This document shows, one piece after another, positions 27,020 to 35,956 of a stretch of 64,000 bases of DNA; positions within the stretch are counted from its first letter, which is position 1; every line of letters starts with the position of its first letter. Below the pieces are notes generated by a model that saw nothing but the letters and a program-made list of their open reading frames with translations, made no database searches and was not told the origin of the DNA. The position numbers and the translations under genes are program-made. Origin of the DNA: Dehalococcoidia bacterium (GTDB lineage: Bacteria > Chloroflexota > Dehalococcoidia > Lucifugimonadales > UBA1123); NCBI GenBank assembly GCA_965116415.1, contig OZ220693.1, positions 1,580,753 to 1,644,752 on the forward strand. The letters run 5' to 3'.

Positions 27020-27547
27020 ATGGAGACCTACATGACGACTGACATTCCTCACGAGGTACATGGTGACGAACTTCCAAAGCGGGTGACGCGACGCACGGTC
27101 GCGGTTGACTGCGAGCACGTCGAGAAGATGCTGCACAAGGGGACTCGCGAACAGTTCGTGATCTACTGCGACGAGCCGGAGAGGATGGGCGGAGAGGACG
27201 CCTATCCCCCACCGCTGACCTACATCACCTCCGGCATCGGGTTTTGACTGCTTACCCAGTTGAAGCGGTACGCTACAATGAGAAAACTCCCGATCACCAA
27301 GGCCCGAGTCCACGTCGAGATGGACTACTACCTGTCTGGCTCAGTGCTTGCCGGAACCGTCACCAGCGGGGTTACAGAGGTGCGCTCCGAGTTCGAGGTG
27401 ACCTCCGACGCTCCTGAGGAAGAGGTAGCCTACGTCATCCGGCTCGCGAAGCAGGGCTGCTTCGCCGAGAGGCTTGTCGAGACCGCCGTGCCCATCAAGA
27501 GCACGCTCAAGCTCAACGGCAAAGAGGCGACAAGCCGCCTGGAGTGA
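27020..27547 (+). CDS. OsmC-family selenoprotein, in-frame UGA at 27245-27247
   Basis: ORFs 27020..27247 and 27260..27547 are in the same frame. The joined reading is AYPPPLTYITSGIGF-UGA-LLTQLKRYA. That is the position of the first conserved OsmC/Ohr Cys, and the second conserved Cys is present (AKQGCFAERL). Confidence 0.75.
27250..27273 (+). other. Candidate SECIS-like stem-loop after the OsmC UGA
   Basis: Hand-folded pairs: G50-C73, C51-G72, U53-A70, A54-U69, C55-G68, C56-G67, C57-G65, with loop AGUUGAA. Imperfect and close to the UGA. Confidence 0.3.
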
Positions 27548-27551
27548 GTGC

Positions 27552-27665
27552 GAGACTGTGTCAGCTTGGTAGGTGAACACTTCACCCTCACCCTAGCCCT
27601 CTCCCGTCAAGGGAGAGGGGATTCTCGATCCTGCAAGGCGGCGCATACTAAACTGGCACAGTCTC
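27552..27665 (+). repeat. MITE-like element, about 110 bp, family A core with terminal inverted repeats
   Basis: The left end GAGACTGTGTCAGCTTGG is matched by the right end CTAAACTGGCACAGTCTC. The core is TTCACCCTCACCCTAGCCCTCTCCCGTCAAGGGAGAGGGG. Confidence 0.8.
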
Positions 27666-27785
27666 AGTGAGTGCTCTCGTGGTGCGTGATGGTGTGGTCA
27701 CGGGGTATAATCCGGTTGATGGCCGTTTTGACTTTGGGCAGCTACGGGTCGGGCGGACATTTCTTACTATCACGTACCGGGAGAC

Positions 27786-29189
27786 ATGCACATGTCCAGC
27801 AACGAACTATCACATATGGCGCACCTCATGCGGAGGGCCGGATTTGGGGCCACGAGGGATGAGCTCGAGCGTCGCGTCGCCGCGGGGTACGAGGCGACCG
27901 TCGAGGACCTGCTCCATCCGGAGAACCAGGAGCCGGTGGACATCTACCAGTTCCTGCGCTACTACCACTTCCAGTGGAAGCCCGGCACCCTGGGGGGCAT
28001 CGGGCAGTCCGGGTGGGTTTGGCGCATGATCAACACGAAGGCGCCGCTCCAGGAGAAGATGTGCCTGTTCTGGCACCAGATCTTCGCGACAGGCGTCTCG
28101 AAGGTCGATCACTACGACGAGATTACCGACATGATCGACATCTTCCGGGAGAAGGGACTGGGGAAGTACAGGGACCTGCTGCTGGACGTCTCCAGGAATC
28201 CAGCGATGCTGTACTGGCTGGACAACCACGAGAACCACGCCACGGCGATCAACGAGAACTGGGGCCGCGAGCTTCTCGAGCTGTTCACGATGGGAGTCGG
28301 CAACTACACGGAAGAGGACGTGTACGAGTGCTCCCGCGCCTTCACAGGCTGGACGATGACGCCCAAGCTGCCGAGGTTCCACATGGGACGCTGGGACTGG
28401 TACTTCGAGTACCGGCCTGACGACCACGACGAGGGTGAGAAGAACTTCCTGGGCCACACCGGCAACTTCAACGGCGAGGACATCATAGACATCGTGCTCG
28501 CCCATCCTGCCACGGCGAGGTTCATCGCGCGGCACCTGTACAACTTCTTCGTCGCCGACGAGGTACAGGTACCGGCATGGGAGCATACGCCGCCACGGGA
28601 TCCAGAGGCCATAGAGATCATCGCCAACGCGCTCACAGAATCGGACTTCGACATACGCCATACGCTGCGCGTGCTGTTCAACTCCGACTTCTTCAAGGAT
28701 GCCCAGTTCACCAAGGTCAAGAACCCGACCGAGGTGGTCATCGGCACGATGAGAATGGTCGGCGGCGGCGAGCTAGCCGGTCCCGAGATATTCGAGTACT
28801 CCAACCACATCACCTACATGGGACAGGAGCTGCTCAATCCGCCGAGCGTGGAGGGATGGCACTCTGGTGTGGAGTGGATCAACAGCGGCTCGCTGATGAA
28901 GCGCGCCAACTTCGTAGCCGACAGGGTCAGCGAGTTAGACCGCCCAGGAGTCAGCGCGATCATCGAGCGAGTGAAGTCCTCAGGCGCGTCGCCGGAGTCG
29001 GCCGTCGACACGTGCCTCGACCTTCTCGGGCCGGTCGTCGTCAAGGACGAGACCCGCGACGAGCTGATAGAGCACGCGTCGGCGCACGGCGATCTCGTCT
29101 GGGATGAGAACAATGAGGCGAAATCGGCACGGCGCGTGGCGGAGCTGCTTCAGCTTATCGTGGCCACTAGGGAGTACCAGTTCGCGTAA
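27786..29189 (+). CDS. DUF1800-family protein (intact paralog)
   Basis: AHLMRRAGFGAT, FWHQIFATG, NENWGRELLELFTMGVGNYTEEDV and GWT motifs; ends REYQFA. Confidence 0.85.
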   Translation: MHMSSNELSHMAHLMRRAGFGATRDELERRVAAGYEATVEDLLHPENQEPVDIYQFLRYYHFQWKPGTLGGIGQSGWVWRMINTKAPLQEKMCLFWHQIFATGVSKVDHYDEITDMIDIFREKGLGKYRDLLLDVSRNPAMLYWLDNHENHATAINENWGRELLELFTMGVGNYTEEDVYECSRAFTGWTMTPKLPRFHMGRWDWYFEYRPDDHDEGEKNFLGHTGNFNGEDIIDIVLAHPATARFIARHLYNFFVADEVQVPAWEHTPPRDPEAIEIIANALTESDFDIRHTLRVLFNSDFFKDAQFTKVKNPTEVVIGTMRMVGGGELAGPEIFEYSNHITYMGQELLNPPSVEGWHSGVEWINSGSLMKRANFVADRVSELDRPGVSAIIERVKSSGASPESAVDTCLDLLGPVVVKDETRDELIEHASAHGDLVWDENNEAKSARRVAELLQLIVATREYQFA

Positions 29190-29220
29190 TCTGCCTGGCT
29201 GTCGTTCTGGCCACATTATG

Positions 29221-29283
29221 CCCCCTCTCCCTTGAGGGAGAGGATTGGGGTCGTGGATGCGCCGTGGCGTGTGAGGGTGAAAA
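29221..29283 (-). repeat. REP-like element, family A, reverse orientation with an enlarged spacer
   Basis: CCCCCTCTCCCTTGAGGGAGAGG...GTGAGGGTGAAAAG. It lies in the DUF1800-NHL intergenic region, which is absent from the 1386-1462 counterpart. Confidence 0.8.
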
Positions 29284-29324
29284 GCCCTTCGTAGGAACCT
29301 ACCAGGAATCATCCGCCACCCTCT

Positions 29325-29350
29325 GGATTCCCGCTTTCGCGGGAATGACG
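29325..29350. repeat. REP-like element, family C (GGATTCCCGCTTTCGCGGGAATGACG)
   Basis: 8-bp stem ATTCCCGC/GCGGGAAT. A degenerate half copy lies at 7198-7216. Confidence 0.75.
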
Positions 29351-29373
29351 AATTAACCCAAGGAATCTGCAAA

Positions 29374-30381
29374 ATGATGCTAACGAAGATAGTTGGAGAA
29401 CGAGTCTACGACTTCAGCCACGTGGTGGGCGGTCGCGACCAGGTTATGGGGCCGCTGGCGCTGGCGTTCGGCCGGGACAACGAGATGTATGCCGTCGTGT
29501 CTGCCCTTGGCGGCGGACGCGGAATAACGAAGTACACGGTCGGGCTCTACCCGGGCGAGGAAGAGCTGGTCCAGCGCATCGGGGAGTCCGGCGAAGGTCC
29601 GGGACAGCTGATGTGGACCTCTGGCATCGCGCTCGACTCGGACTACAACATCTACGTCACAGATGCCATGACCGATCGGATATCTGTGTTCTCGGAGGGC
29701 GGCGACTTCATCCGCTCATTCGGTTCATCTGGAGACGGCGAGGGCCAGTTCGGAAGGCCGTCGGGCATCACAGTCGACCAGGACGACAACCTGCTGGTCG
29801 TCGACACCCTCAACCACCGGGTGCAGAAGCTCGACCGCGATGGCCGCTACCTGTCCGAGTGGGGCAGCGAAGGGTCGGCTCCCGGCCAGTTCAGGTCTCC
29901 CTGGGGCATCACTACGGACGCCGACGGCTGCATCTACGTCGCCGATCACCTGAACCATCGCATCCAGAAGTTCGACGCGGATGCCGGCTTCATGTTCGAG
30001 CTCGGCAGTCACGGCTCGGGCGACTACGAGTTCGATCACCCGTCGGATGTCGCCATAGACCCGGACGGGGACATCTACGTGTGCGACTGGGCCAACCACA
30101 GGGTCCAGGCATACACCGCCGACGGTGAATACGTCACGACGTTCATCGGCGACGCTCAGGAGCTGTCGAAGTGGCAGTTGGAGTACGTCCGCTCCAACCC
30201 AGACGTGTACAAGGCGCGACGCCGGGTCTACACGCTGGAGCCGGAATGGCGCTTCGCCCTGCCGTCAGCGGTCGCGTTCGACAGTCGCAACTCGAGGCTG
30301 ATGGTGGCCGACACCCAACGCTGGCGCATCCAGATCTACAACAAGCTCCACGACTACGCCGACCCGCAGTTTAATATTTGA
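29374..30381 (+). CDS. NHL-repeat six-bladed beta-propeller protein (paralog of 1463..2473)
   Basis: Same repeat architecture and C-terminus as the first copy. Confidence 0.85.
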   Translation: MMLTKIVGERVYDFSHVVGGRDQVMGPLALAFGRDNEMYAVVSALGGGRGITKYTVGLYPGEEELVQRIGESGEGPGQLMWTSGIALDSDYNIYVTDAMTDRISVFSEGGDFIRSFGSSGDGEGQFGRPSGITVDQDDNLLVVDTLNHRVQKLDRDGRYLSEWGSEGSAPGQFRSPWGITTDADGCIYVADHLNHRIQKFDADAGFMFELGSHGSGDYEFDHPSDVAIDPDGDIYVCDWANHRVQAYTADGEYVTTFIGDAQELSKWQLEYVRSNPDVYKARRRVYTLEPEWRFALPSAVAFDSRNSRLMVADTQRWRIQIYNKLHDYADPQFNI

Positions 30382-30401
30382 GGGGTGTGTATCCAGATGG
30401 T

Positions 30402-33400
30402 CTAGTACCTCACTGATCGGAGGATGTGCCGGTCAGTATTCAGGCCTGTGACACCGATGAATCCCATGTATCCGTTAAACGGGGTAAATGCCTCGATGGC
30501 ATGGTCTAAGACCAACGTCCTCTCCATGGCTGCCTCAGCATTCGACAGATAGACATTTACCCGCCCACCTTCGCTGAACTCTATCTCTGCATCAAAGGTC
30601 CCTGAATTCCTAAGTGGCACTTTTAGATTTCTGGTCGCCAGATGAGCAATGTCCAACTCTTCACTGCCTGCACCCAACTCTGTAAGTGAAACGAAATTGC
30701 TCGAAGGGTCGTCAACTGGGAAGTACCAATCGGGAGGCTGCCCTGCTGAGTTCTTGCCAGTGTCGAAGGCGACAAGGAATCCATCGAGAGGACGGGACGC
30801 CCAAGTTCCTCCGCTGTCCAGACTTGGGTCGATACTGTCGAATTCGGGCAAGGTTCTAAGAAGCACGAACCCTAAACCATCAGCTCCATTTCCACCGCCG
30901 ATTTCAAATGAGAAATCTACTCGCAACCCGCTCGTGCTGACGGGTTGCCGATTCAACAGAATACCTAGCTGGATCTTGCGTGCAGGGGTAAGCTCAACTA
31001 CTTCCTCAGATTGCATGTGGCTGGCAGAACCGAAGAGAAGCCAGCGGTCAGCGTCTAGTGGACCACTAAAGTCCTCGTCGACTAACTGACTTGATCCTCC
31101 TTGCTGGGTCGGAGTTGGAGACGCAACAGGCTGATTCGGTGTGCCCACAGGGATGCTTACAGAGTCTACGAACCAACCTTGCTGGTCAGTCACTGATCCG
31201 GCCTTTGGCTGACGCCAACACGGGTCGTAAGCTTGCTCGCACAACCAGCCACGGACCTGTATGGGGAACTTGCCTGCCTGCTTCGGTGTGATACGCAGCA
31301 CCAGGGTCCTGTCATCAGACTGAGACCACGAGGGATCGTCAGACTCCACCAGCAGGTAGTCTGCCGGGAACCGCTCGTTGTCCACCCTGTGGTAGATCAT
31401 CGCGTCCGGCTGGTGGAACGTGACGTTCGACAGCCCAGAGGTGTAGTCGATCTTGTCCACATCGGCGACTCCTGAGGAGTGCGCGTCAGTAGAGCCGCCG
31501 GGGTCGGTAATTGCAGGGAACGACACTGATATGCCGCCGTGCTCACCCGCCTCTTTAACGTCGTACATGCGGACGGTGAGAGTGAAACTCTCGCCCGGCT
31601 CGATTGTCGCCGCGGAGGTCTGCCATTCGAGCCTGAACGGCGCCTCCGCAGTATTAGTCGGAGGAACGACTTTTGGCTGCGGCTCAGGTGGCGGAGTAAC
31701 AGTATCGGTTCCTGGTTCTCGGGTCGTTCCGAATAGTTGGTCTGTGATTTGCTCAGTGCACTTTGGGAGGTCATCCGTGCATAGACGAGCCCATACCTGC
31801 GGTTCATTCCACCTGGTCTCCTCATCAGGGCCGGAAATCCCTGACTCGCCCCACTTGCCCCTGTATGCTACCCACGGCGTATCTTCATCAATGAAGTACA
31901 GGTTGTAGCCGCAGTCACGAGCATCGGGTGAAGTCTCGTGGCAGAGTTGTGTGCCCTCAGACAGTTCGGGCGGGAGGAGTTTACTGCCCATGTCCGATAT
32001 TACGTCCCCGACAATAGAGACTGTCCACCTGTTGTTTTCGACACCCTCGCACATGGTGGTTATCCAGGGCGACTCCTGGATTGTCAGAGGCGTCAGGACT
32101 TGCGTCTGGTTGTCTAAATGAGGAAAGAGGGCAGGCAGCAACGATGCTCCCTGGCCCGCCGAGCTCTGATCGCACACGTTCCACGTGTTGTAGGTCGACG
32201 AATCATCGCTGGGACCGAAGTAGTTGGCGTGCTTGCCCAGTGCTACGTACGCTACGGGGTGGCCATCTTGAGTTTCAGTGTTCGGATAGGATCTGTTCTC
32301 GCTCCAGCCATGCTGGGAGTACGCCACCCTGTCCGGCGGTATGCTCTGTCCGAGAACCGTCGCTGCATCGTCCGCTGCAAACTCAAGCTGTATGAGTTCC
32401 CAGTCCGCCTCGTGCGGAAGGCACATCTCAACATCCGTCACTAAGCTGCATACTGCCTGCTGCTCTGGATTCAGTTCGTCGTAGTGATAGAAGAGGTAGT
32501 ACTGCAGATACAGCCTGCCTTCAACGCCGTCGATGTCTCCGCCATCACGGATGGTCCAGTACACCGTCGATGGATGGAGTGTAGAGTCCTCTATGTTGTC
32601 GGGGACGTCCAGGTAATGGTTTTCGTCGTAGGTGTCGCTGGCAAGTTCATCCAGGCCGGCAATGTCTCCACGTGGGACGATCGTCGCGTCGTTGCCATCC
32701 ATTACGCGGGCCTTGGTCACGAACCCCTCAACGCCCCTGGGCAGGAACCGCTCGTCATGGTGCATACGCAAAACAGGAGCGTACATTTGCGCTAGGTCGC
32801 AGGCCGCCTGCAAGTCCGCGTCGGAGTCCCTCTGTGTGCATCTGTCTTTCTGGTGGAGCGAGAGAAACTCAGTCATATCGTTTGGCGGCTGTACGGACAG
32901 TAATTCTCCGGCTAACCTGTGAACTTCAGGGGCAAGCCAGGCGGCCAGCCGGTGGCCCCCAAATGCCGGTTGAAGAAACATCGACTCATGAAGAGGTACA
33001 CCCACTCGCAGTACGCATTCGGCGTTCTCCCAAGCGTAATCGTCGATGTCTCTGGCGACACTAAAATCGTTGCTCTCGTCAATGTCCAGACTGGCGCTGC
33101 TCGACTCCAGTCTTTTCGCAACACCACTATCGGGGTCATCGGTAACGAACTCCACGTACATGCTGTCCGTGACAGAGTGGTTGGTGACGTAGGCACTTAT
33201 GGTGTCGTCGTACGGTTCTTCCGTCGAACCTATGTGACAGTGCTCGATCTTCGCATCGTCAGAGGTGTAGCTGAGAGTGAGGACATTCCTGACGATGGTC
33301 GAGAACCAGCTCAGATCCGACACCTCGACCCTGATCTCGCTCCTGGACTCATCTACCTCTCCCTCCAGCACTTCCCAGCCCTCCAGGTCTTCGTCCCAGT

Positions 33401-33836
33401 GCAGCGCCAGAACGTCTTCCGCGGTGGTCCCGACCTGCGGCTCGTACGGGATGTGTAGGGTGACGGGCATTGCGAGCTCGGCCTGACCGATTGAGATGTC
33501 GAATACCTTGCCAAGCTGCACACCGGTGGGTACATCCGCCTGGGGCGATTCCACTACAGAGATGGATGCTGTGACAGACTCTTCGACAGCGCCGGCCGGG
33601 ATCTCAATGCGGGCGCCACTCTCATGTTCGAGCGTGCCGGACTCTCCGACGGGAATACTCAGGGAGACTGGCTTCGGATCAGCAGTCGGGACATCTTTCT
33701 TCACCACAGGCCGTATCGGCAATCGAGGGGGCTCCTGTGAGGGCTGTCCTGAGGTCGCGTTCAGCAGCAGGTAGGCTCCAATGGCAACCGTGATGACTAT
33801 CACTACGACTGTGACGATCTGCGGAAGGTTGTTCAT
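30402..33836 (-). CDS. Large membrane-anchored surface protein with Vps62-like central region and C-terminal L-type-lectin-like domain
   Basis: N-terminal TM IVTVVVIVITVAIGAYLL. Central region YLQYYLFYHYDE...PHEADWELIQLEF. C-terminal GGNGADGLGFVLL and GFLVAFDTGKNS resemble legume-lectin motifs. Confidence 0.6.
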   Translation of the reverse strand: MNNLPQIVTVVVIVITVAIGAYLLLNATSGQPSQEPPRLPIRPVVKKDVPTADPKPVSLSIPVGESGTLEHESGARIEIPAGAVEESVTASISVVESPQADVPTGVQLGKVFDISIGQAELAMPVTLHIPYEPQVGTTAEDVLALHWDEDLEGWEVLEGEVDESRSEIRVEVSDLSWFSTIVRNVLTLSYTSDDAKIEHCHIGSTEEPYDDTISAYVTNHSVTDSMYVEFVTDDPDSGVAKRLESSSASLDIDESNDFSVARDIDDYAWENAECVLRVGVPLHESMFLQPAFGGHRLAAWLAPEVHRLAGELLSVQPPNDMTEFLSLHQKDRCTQRDSDADLQAACDLAQMYAPVLRMHHDERFLPRGVEGFVTKARVMDGNDATIVPRGDIAGLDELASDTYDENHYLDVPDNIEDSTLHPSTVYWTIRDGGDIDGVEGRLYLQYYLFYHYDELNPEQQAVCSLVTDVEMCLPHEADWELIQLEFAADDAATVLGQSIPPDRVAYSQHGWSENRSYPNTETQDGHPVAYVALGKHANYFGPSDDSSTYNTWNVCDQSSAGQGASLLPALFPHLDNQTQVLTPLTIQESPWITTMCEGVENNRWTVSIVGDVISDMGSKLLPPELSEGTQLCHETSPDARDCGYNLYFIDEDTPWVAYRGKWGESGISGPDEETRWNEPQVWARLCTDDLPKCTEQITDQLFGTTREPGTDTVTPPPEPQPKVVPPTNTAEAPFRLEWQTSAATIEPGESFTLTVRMYDVKEAGEHGGISVSFPAITDPGGSTDAHSSGVADVDKIDYTSGLSNVTFHQPDAMIYHRVDNERFPADYLLVESDDPSWSQSDDRTLVLRITPKQAGKFPIQVRGWLCEQAYDPCWRQPKAGSVTDQQGWFVDSVSIPVGTPNQPVASPTPTQQGGSSQLVDEDFSGPLDADRWLLFGSASHMQSEEVVELTPARKIQLGILLNRQPVSTSGLRVDFSFEIGGGNGADGLGFVLLRTLPEFDSIDPSLDSGGTWASRPLDGFLVAFDTGKNSAGQPPDWYFPVDDPSSNFVSLTELGAGSEELDIAHLATRNLKVPLRNSGTFDAEIEFSEGGRVNVYLSNAEAAMERTLVLDHAIEAFTPFNGYMGFIGVTGLNTDRHILRSVRY

Positions 33837-34210
33837 GTTCGAGCTCGTTCCCCTGTTCGGTGTCTGATTGATGACATGCTCACCAAGTCATCGGCCATCC
33901 GGGTTCAAATGTCATCGTAGGTAGCACCAAGGATCCTTGGTTCTAGATCTCACGAGTGACAGCGCCACTCCAGCTGCCAAGTTGACGGGCGCACTATTTG
34001 AATATCAGAACCGGGCACCGATGTCTGTGACAGTGGTGTCACACTCTGGCTTGCAGTCGTGACTTTGGGAGGTTAGCTCGACCCTCGGCGGCCGAATTCG
34101 ACAGCCAAGACTCCATGCTGATGGGGCCGACACGCGGCGCTGGCGCGTCGGGGTCTACGGCGGGGTACGGGACTGGAGAGGGACGCGGTTCAACATCTAA
34201 GGGGGCGGAA

Positions 34211-34768
34211 TCACCCCTTGGCTTTCATTAGCCAGGTCTGGTCTCTGGCTGGGCTTGCGAGCCAGGTCTCTACGTCGGACTGGCGCTCGTTGGGGACTTC
34301 GACTCCCAGGCCGTCGGCGAGGCGGGTCATGAAGTTGAACGTGCAGGTGATTAGCACGACCGACAGGATCTGCTCGTCGGTCAGACCGTGCTCCCTGAGC
34401 CTTAAGACGTCGGACTCTTCCATGGCGGCTGGCTCGCGCGTGAGCTTGGTGGCGAAGTCCAGCATGGCCCTCGTCACCGGGTCCAGGTCGGCGTTCCTGT
34501 AGTCGTGCATGACGTGGCTCGCCAACTCGGTATCGTCCGAGACGTTACGGAGAAACTCCCCGTGGGCCATCGTTCAAAATCGGCACTCGTTCTGAACGGA
34601 CACCGCGGTCGCAATCGCCTCTTCCTGCGTTCGAGTGAGCGCAGACGATCCGAACGTTATGGCGTTGTTCAGGTCGTTGACGGCCTTCATCGCGCTGGGG
34701 TTGATCGACATGACGTTGATGACATTCGCCCAGTGCAGCCGTTCGTCAGCTTCGCGTATCCATGACAT
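34211..34768 (-). CDS. AhpD/carboxymuconolactone-decarboxylase-like selenoprotein (CxxU), in-frame UGA at 34574-34576
   Basis: ORFs 34574..34768 and 34211..34570 are in frame. The joined reading is VSVQNECRF-UGA-TMAHGEF, which reproduces the family motif CxxCxxxH with the second Cys replaced by UGA. Confidence 0.8.
34547..34563 (-). other. Candidate SECIS-like hairpin ACGGGG-AGUUU-CUCCGU
   Basis: 6-bp stem including one G-U pair, starting 10 nt after the UGA. Confidence 0.35.
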
Positions 34769-34910
34769 GATGGGCCCCTCGCTATTCTCCGGTTGGGTGG
34801 GTCAGGTGATGATCGTTTGTTGGGGACACTATACACAAGAAGGCTGATGTCGCCGGTGAAAGGGGGAGGGTTAGAGTGGGAGTAGAAAGGTGGTACAGTG
34901 TCTTTGCTGA

Positions 34911-35915
34911 ATGACCTCCGTGAGCAAGGAGATGGACATGGCGGGCGCACAGACTGAACGCGGCTTCTACCGCAACTACTTCCGCGAGATCGACGTCCTC
35001 CACAGCCTGCAGTCCACGCCTGAGGAGCGCGACTGGCTGCTGACCACCCCGAAGGACAACGTTGAGCCGTCCGACATCGTGCTGTATCTCGGCTGCAACG
35101 TCATGCGCACCACCCATCTCGTGCGCACAGTCATGGACGTCTTCAGGCTTCTGGACGTGGATTTCACCGCCGTCGGCGGCGCGGCCTACTGCTGCGGCAT
35201 CCAGCACCACCAGCGCGGCGACGTAGCGTCGGCCCACTCCTTCGCCCAGACCACCGCCTCCAACTTCCGCAAGTTCCAGCCGGAGCAGGTGGTGATGTGG
35301 TGTCCATCGTGCATCTTCTTCTACGACGACATCATGGACATGCGCGAGGACTTCGCCTTCCAGCACGTCACCGAGTACCTGGTCCAGAATCTCGATAAAT
35401 TGGCGCTCCGGCCCCAGCCCGAGACCACGGTCGCTCTCCACTACCACACCGGACGCCCGCAGTCCGACGCCGAAGCCCGGAGCGCCCTGACCCTTCTCCG
35501 CGCGCTTCCTGGCGTTAGCGTCGTAGACATCGGCTGCGACGAGCGCTTTGGCCGCCACTGCACCCCCGCCGTCCGCCAGCAGCTAGGCCCCGAGACGTGG
35601 GACGAAATGTCAGGCCAGTGGGTCCAGAATGCGGTGGACGCCGGAGCCGACACCTACGCCACGCTCTACCACGGCTGCCAGCGTCACATGTGCAGCCTCG
35701 AAGCCGAGTACCCCGTCCGGGTCGAGCACTACCTCACCCTCGTGGGTCGCGCCCTCGGCATCGAGTACGAAGACCTCTACAAGAAGCACACCCTCCTCGG
35801 CAACACCGACGCCATCCTGGCCGAGACCGCCCCATGCGCCGTAGCCAACAACATCCCCATAGAGGAGGCGAGGGAGGTCATCGGCCGTGCGTTCCCGGCG
35901 CGGGAGGGGGCGTAG
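34911..35915 (+). CDS. CCG-domain (HdrB/GlpC-like) cysteine-rich Fe-S oxidoreductase subunit
   Basis: Motifs LYLGCNV, AYCCG, MWCPSC and TLYHGCQRH. The start may be 34911 or 34932. Confidence 0.7.
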   Translation: MTSVSKEMDMAGAQTERGFYRNYFREIDVLHSLQSTPEERDWLLTTPKDNVEPSDIVLYLGCNVMRTTHLVRTVMDVFRLLDVDFTAVGGAAYCCGIQHHQRGDVASAHSFAQTTASNFRKFQPEQVVMWCPSCIFFYDDIMDMREDFAFQHVTEYLVQNLDKLALRPQPETTVALHYHTGRPQSDAEARSALTLLRALPGVSVVDIGCDERFGRHCTPAVRQQLGPETWDEMSGQWVQNAVDAGADTYATLYHGCQRHMCSLEAEYPVRVEHYLTLVGRALGIEYEDLYKKHTLLGNTDAILAETAPCAVANNIPIEEAREVIGRAFPAREGA

Positions 35916-35956
35916 GGGGTAGCAGACTTAGGCCCCTTCCTGCGGGGAGCACCCAC

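Noticed and set aside
33837-34210. tRNA-like string GGTTCAAAT and the hairpin GTGACAGTGGTGTCAC in the intergenic region
   Set aside because: No acceptor stem or anticodon arm could be drawn around it. It is probably just the promoter/leader region of the 1144-aa gene.
35597-35956. N-terminal 120 aa of ORF 35597..37141
   Set aside because: It overlaps the 3' end of the HdrB-like gene and translates to an Arg/Pro-rich string. A canonical lipoprotein signal starts at the ATG at 35957.
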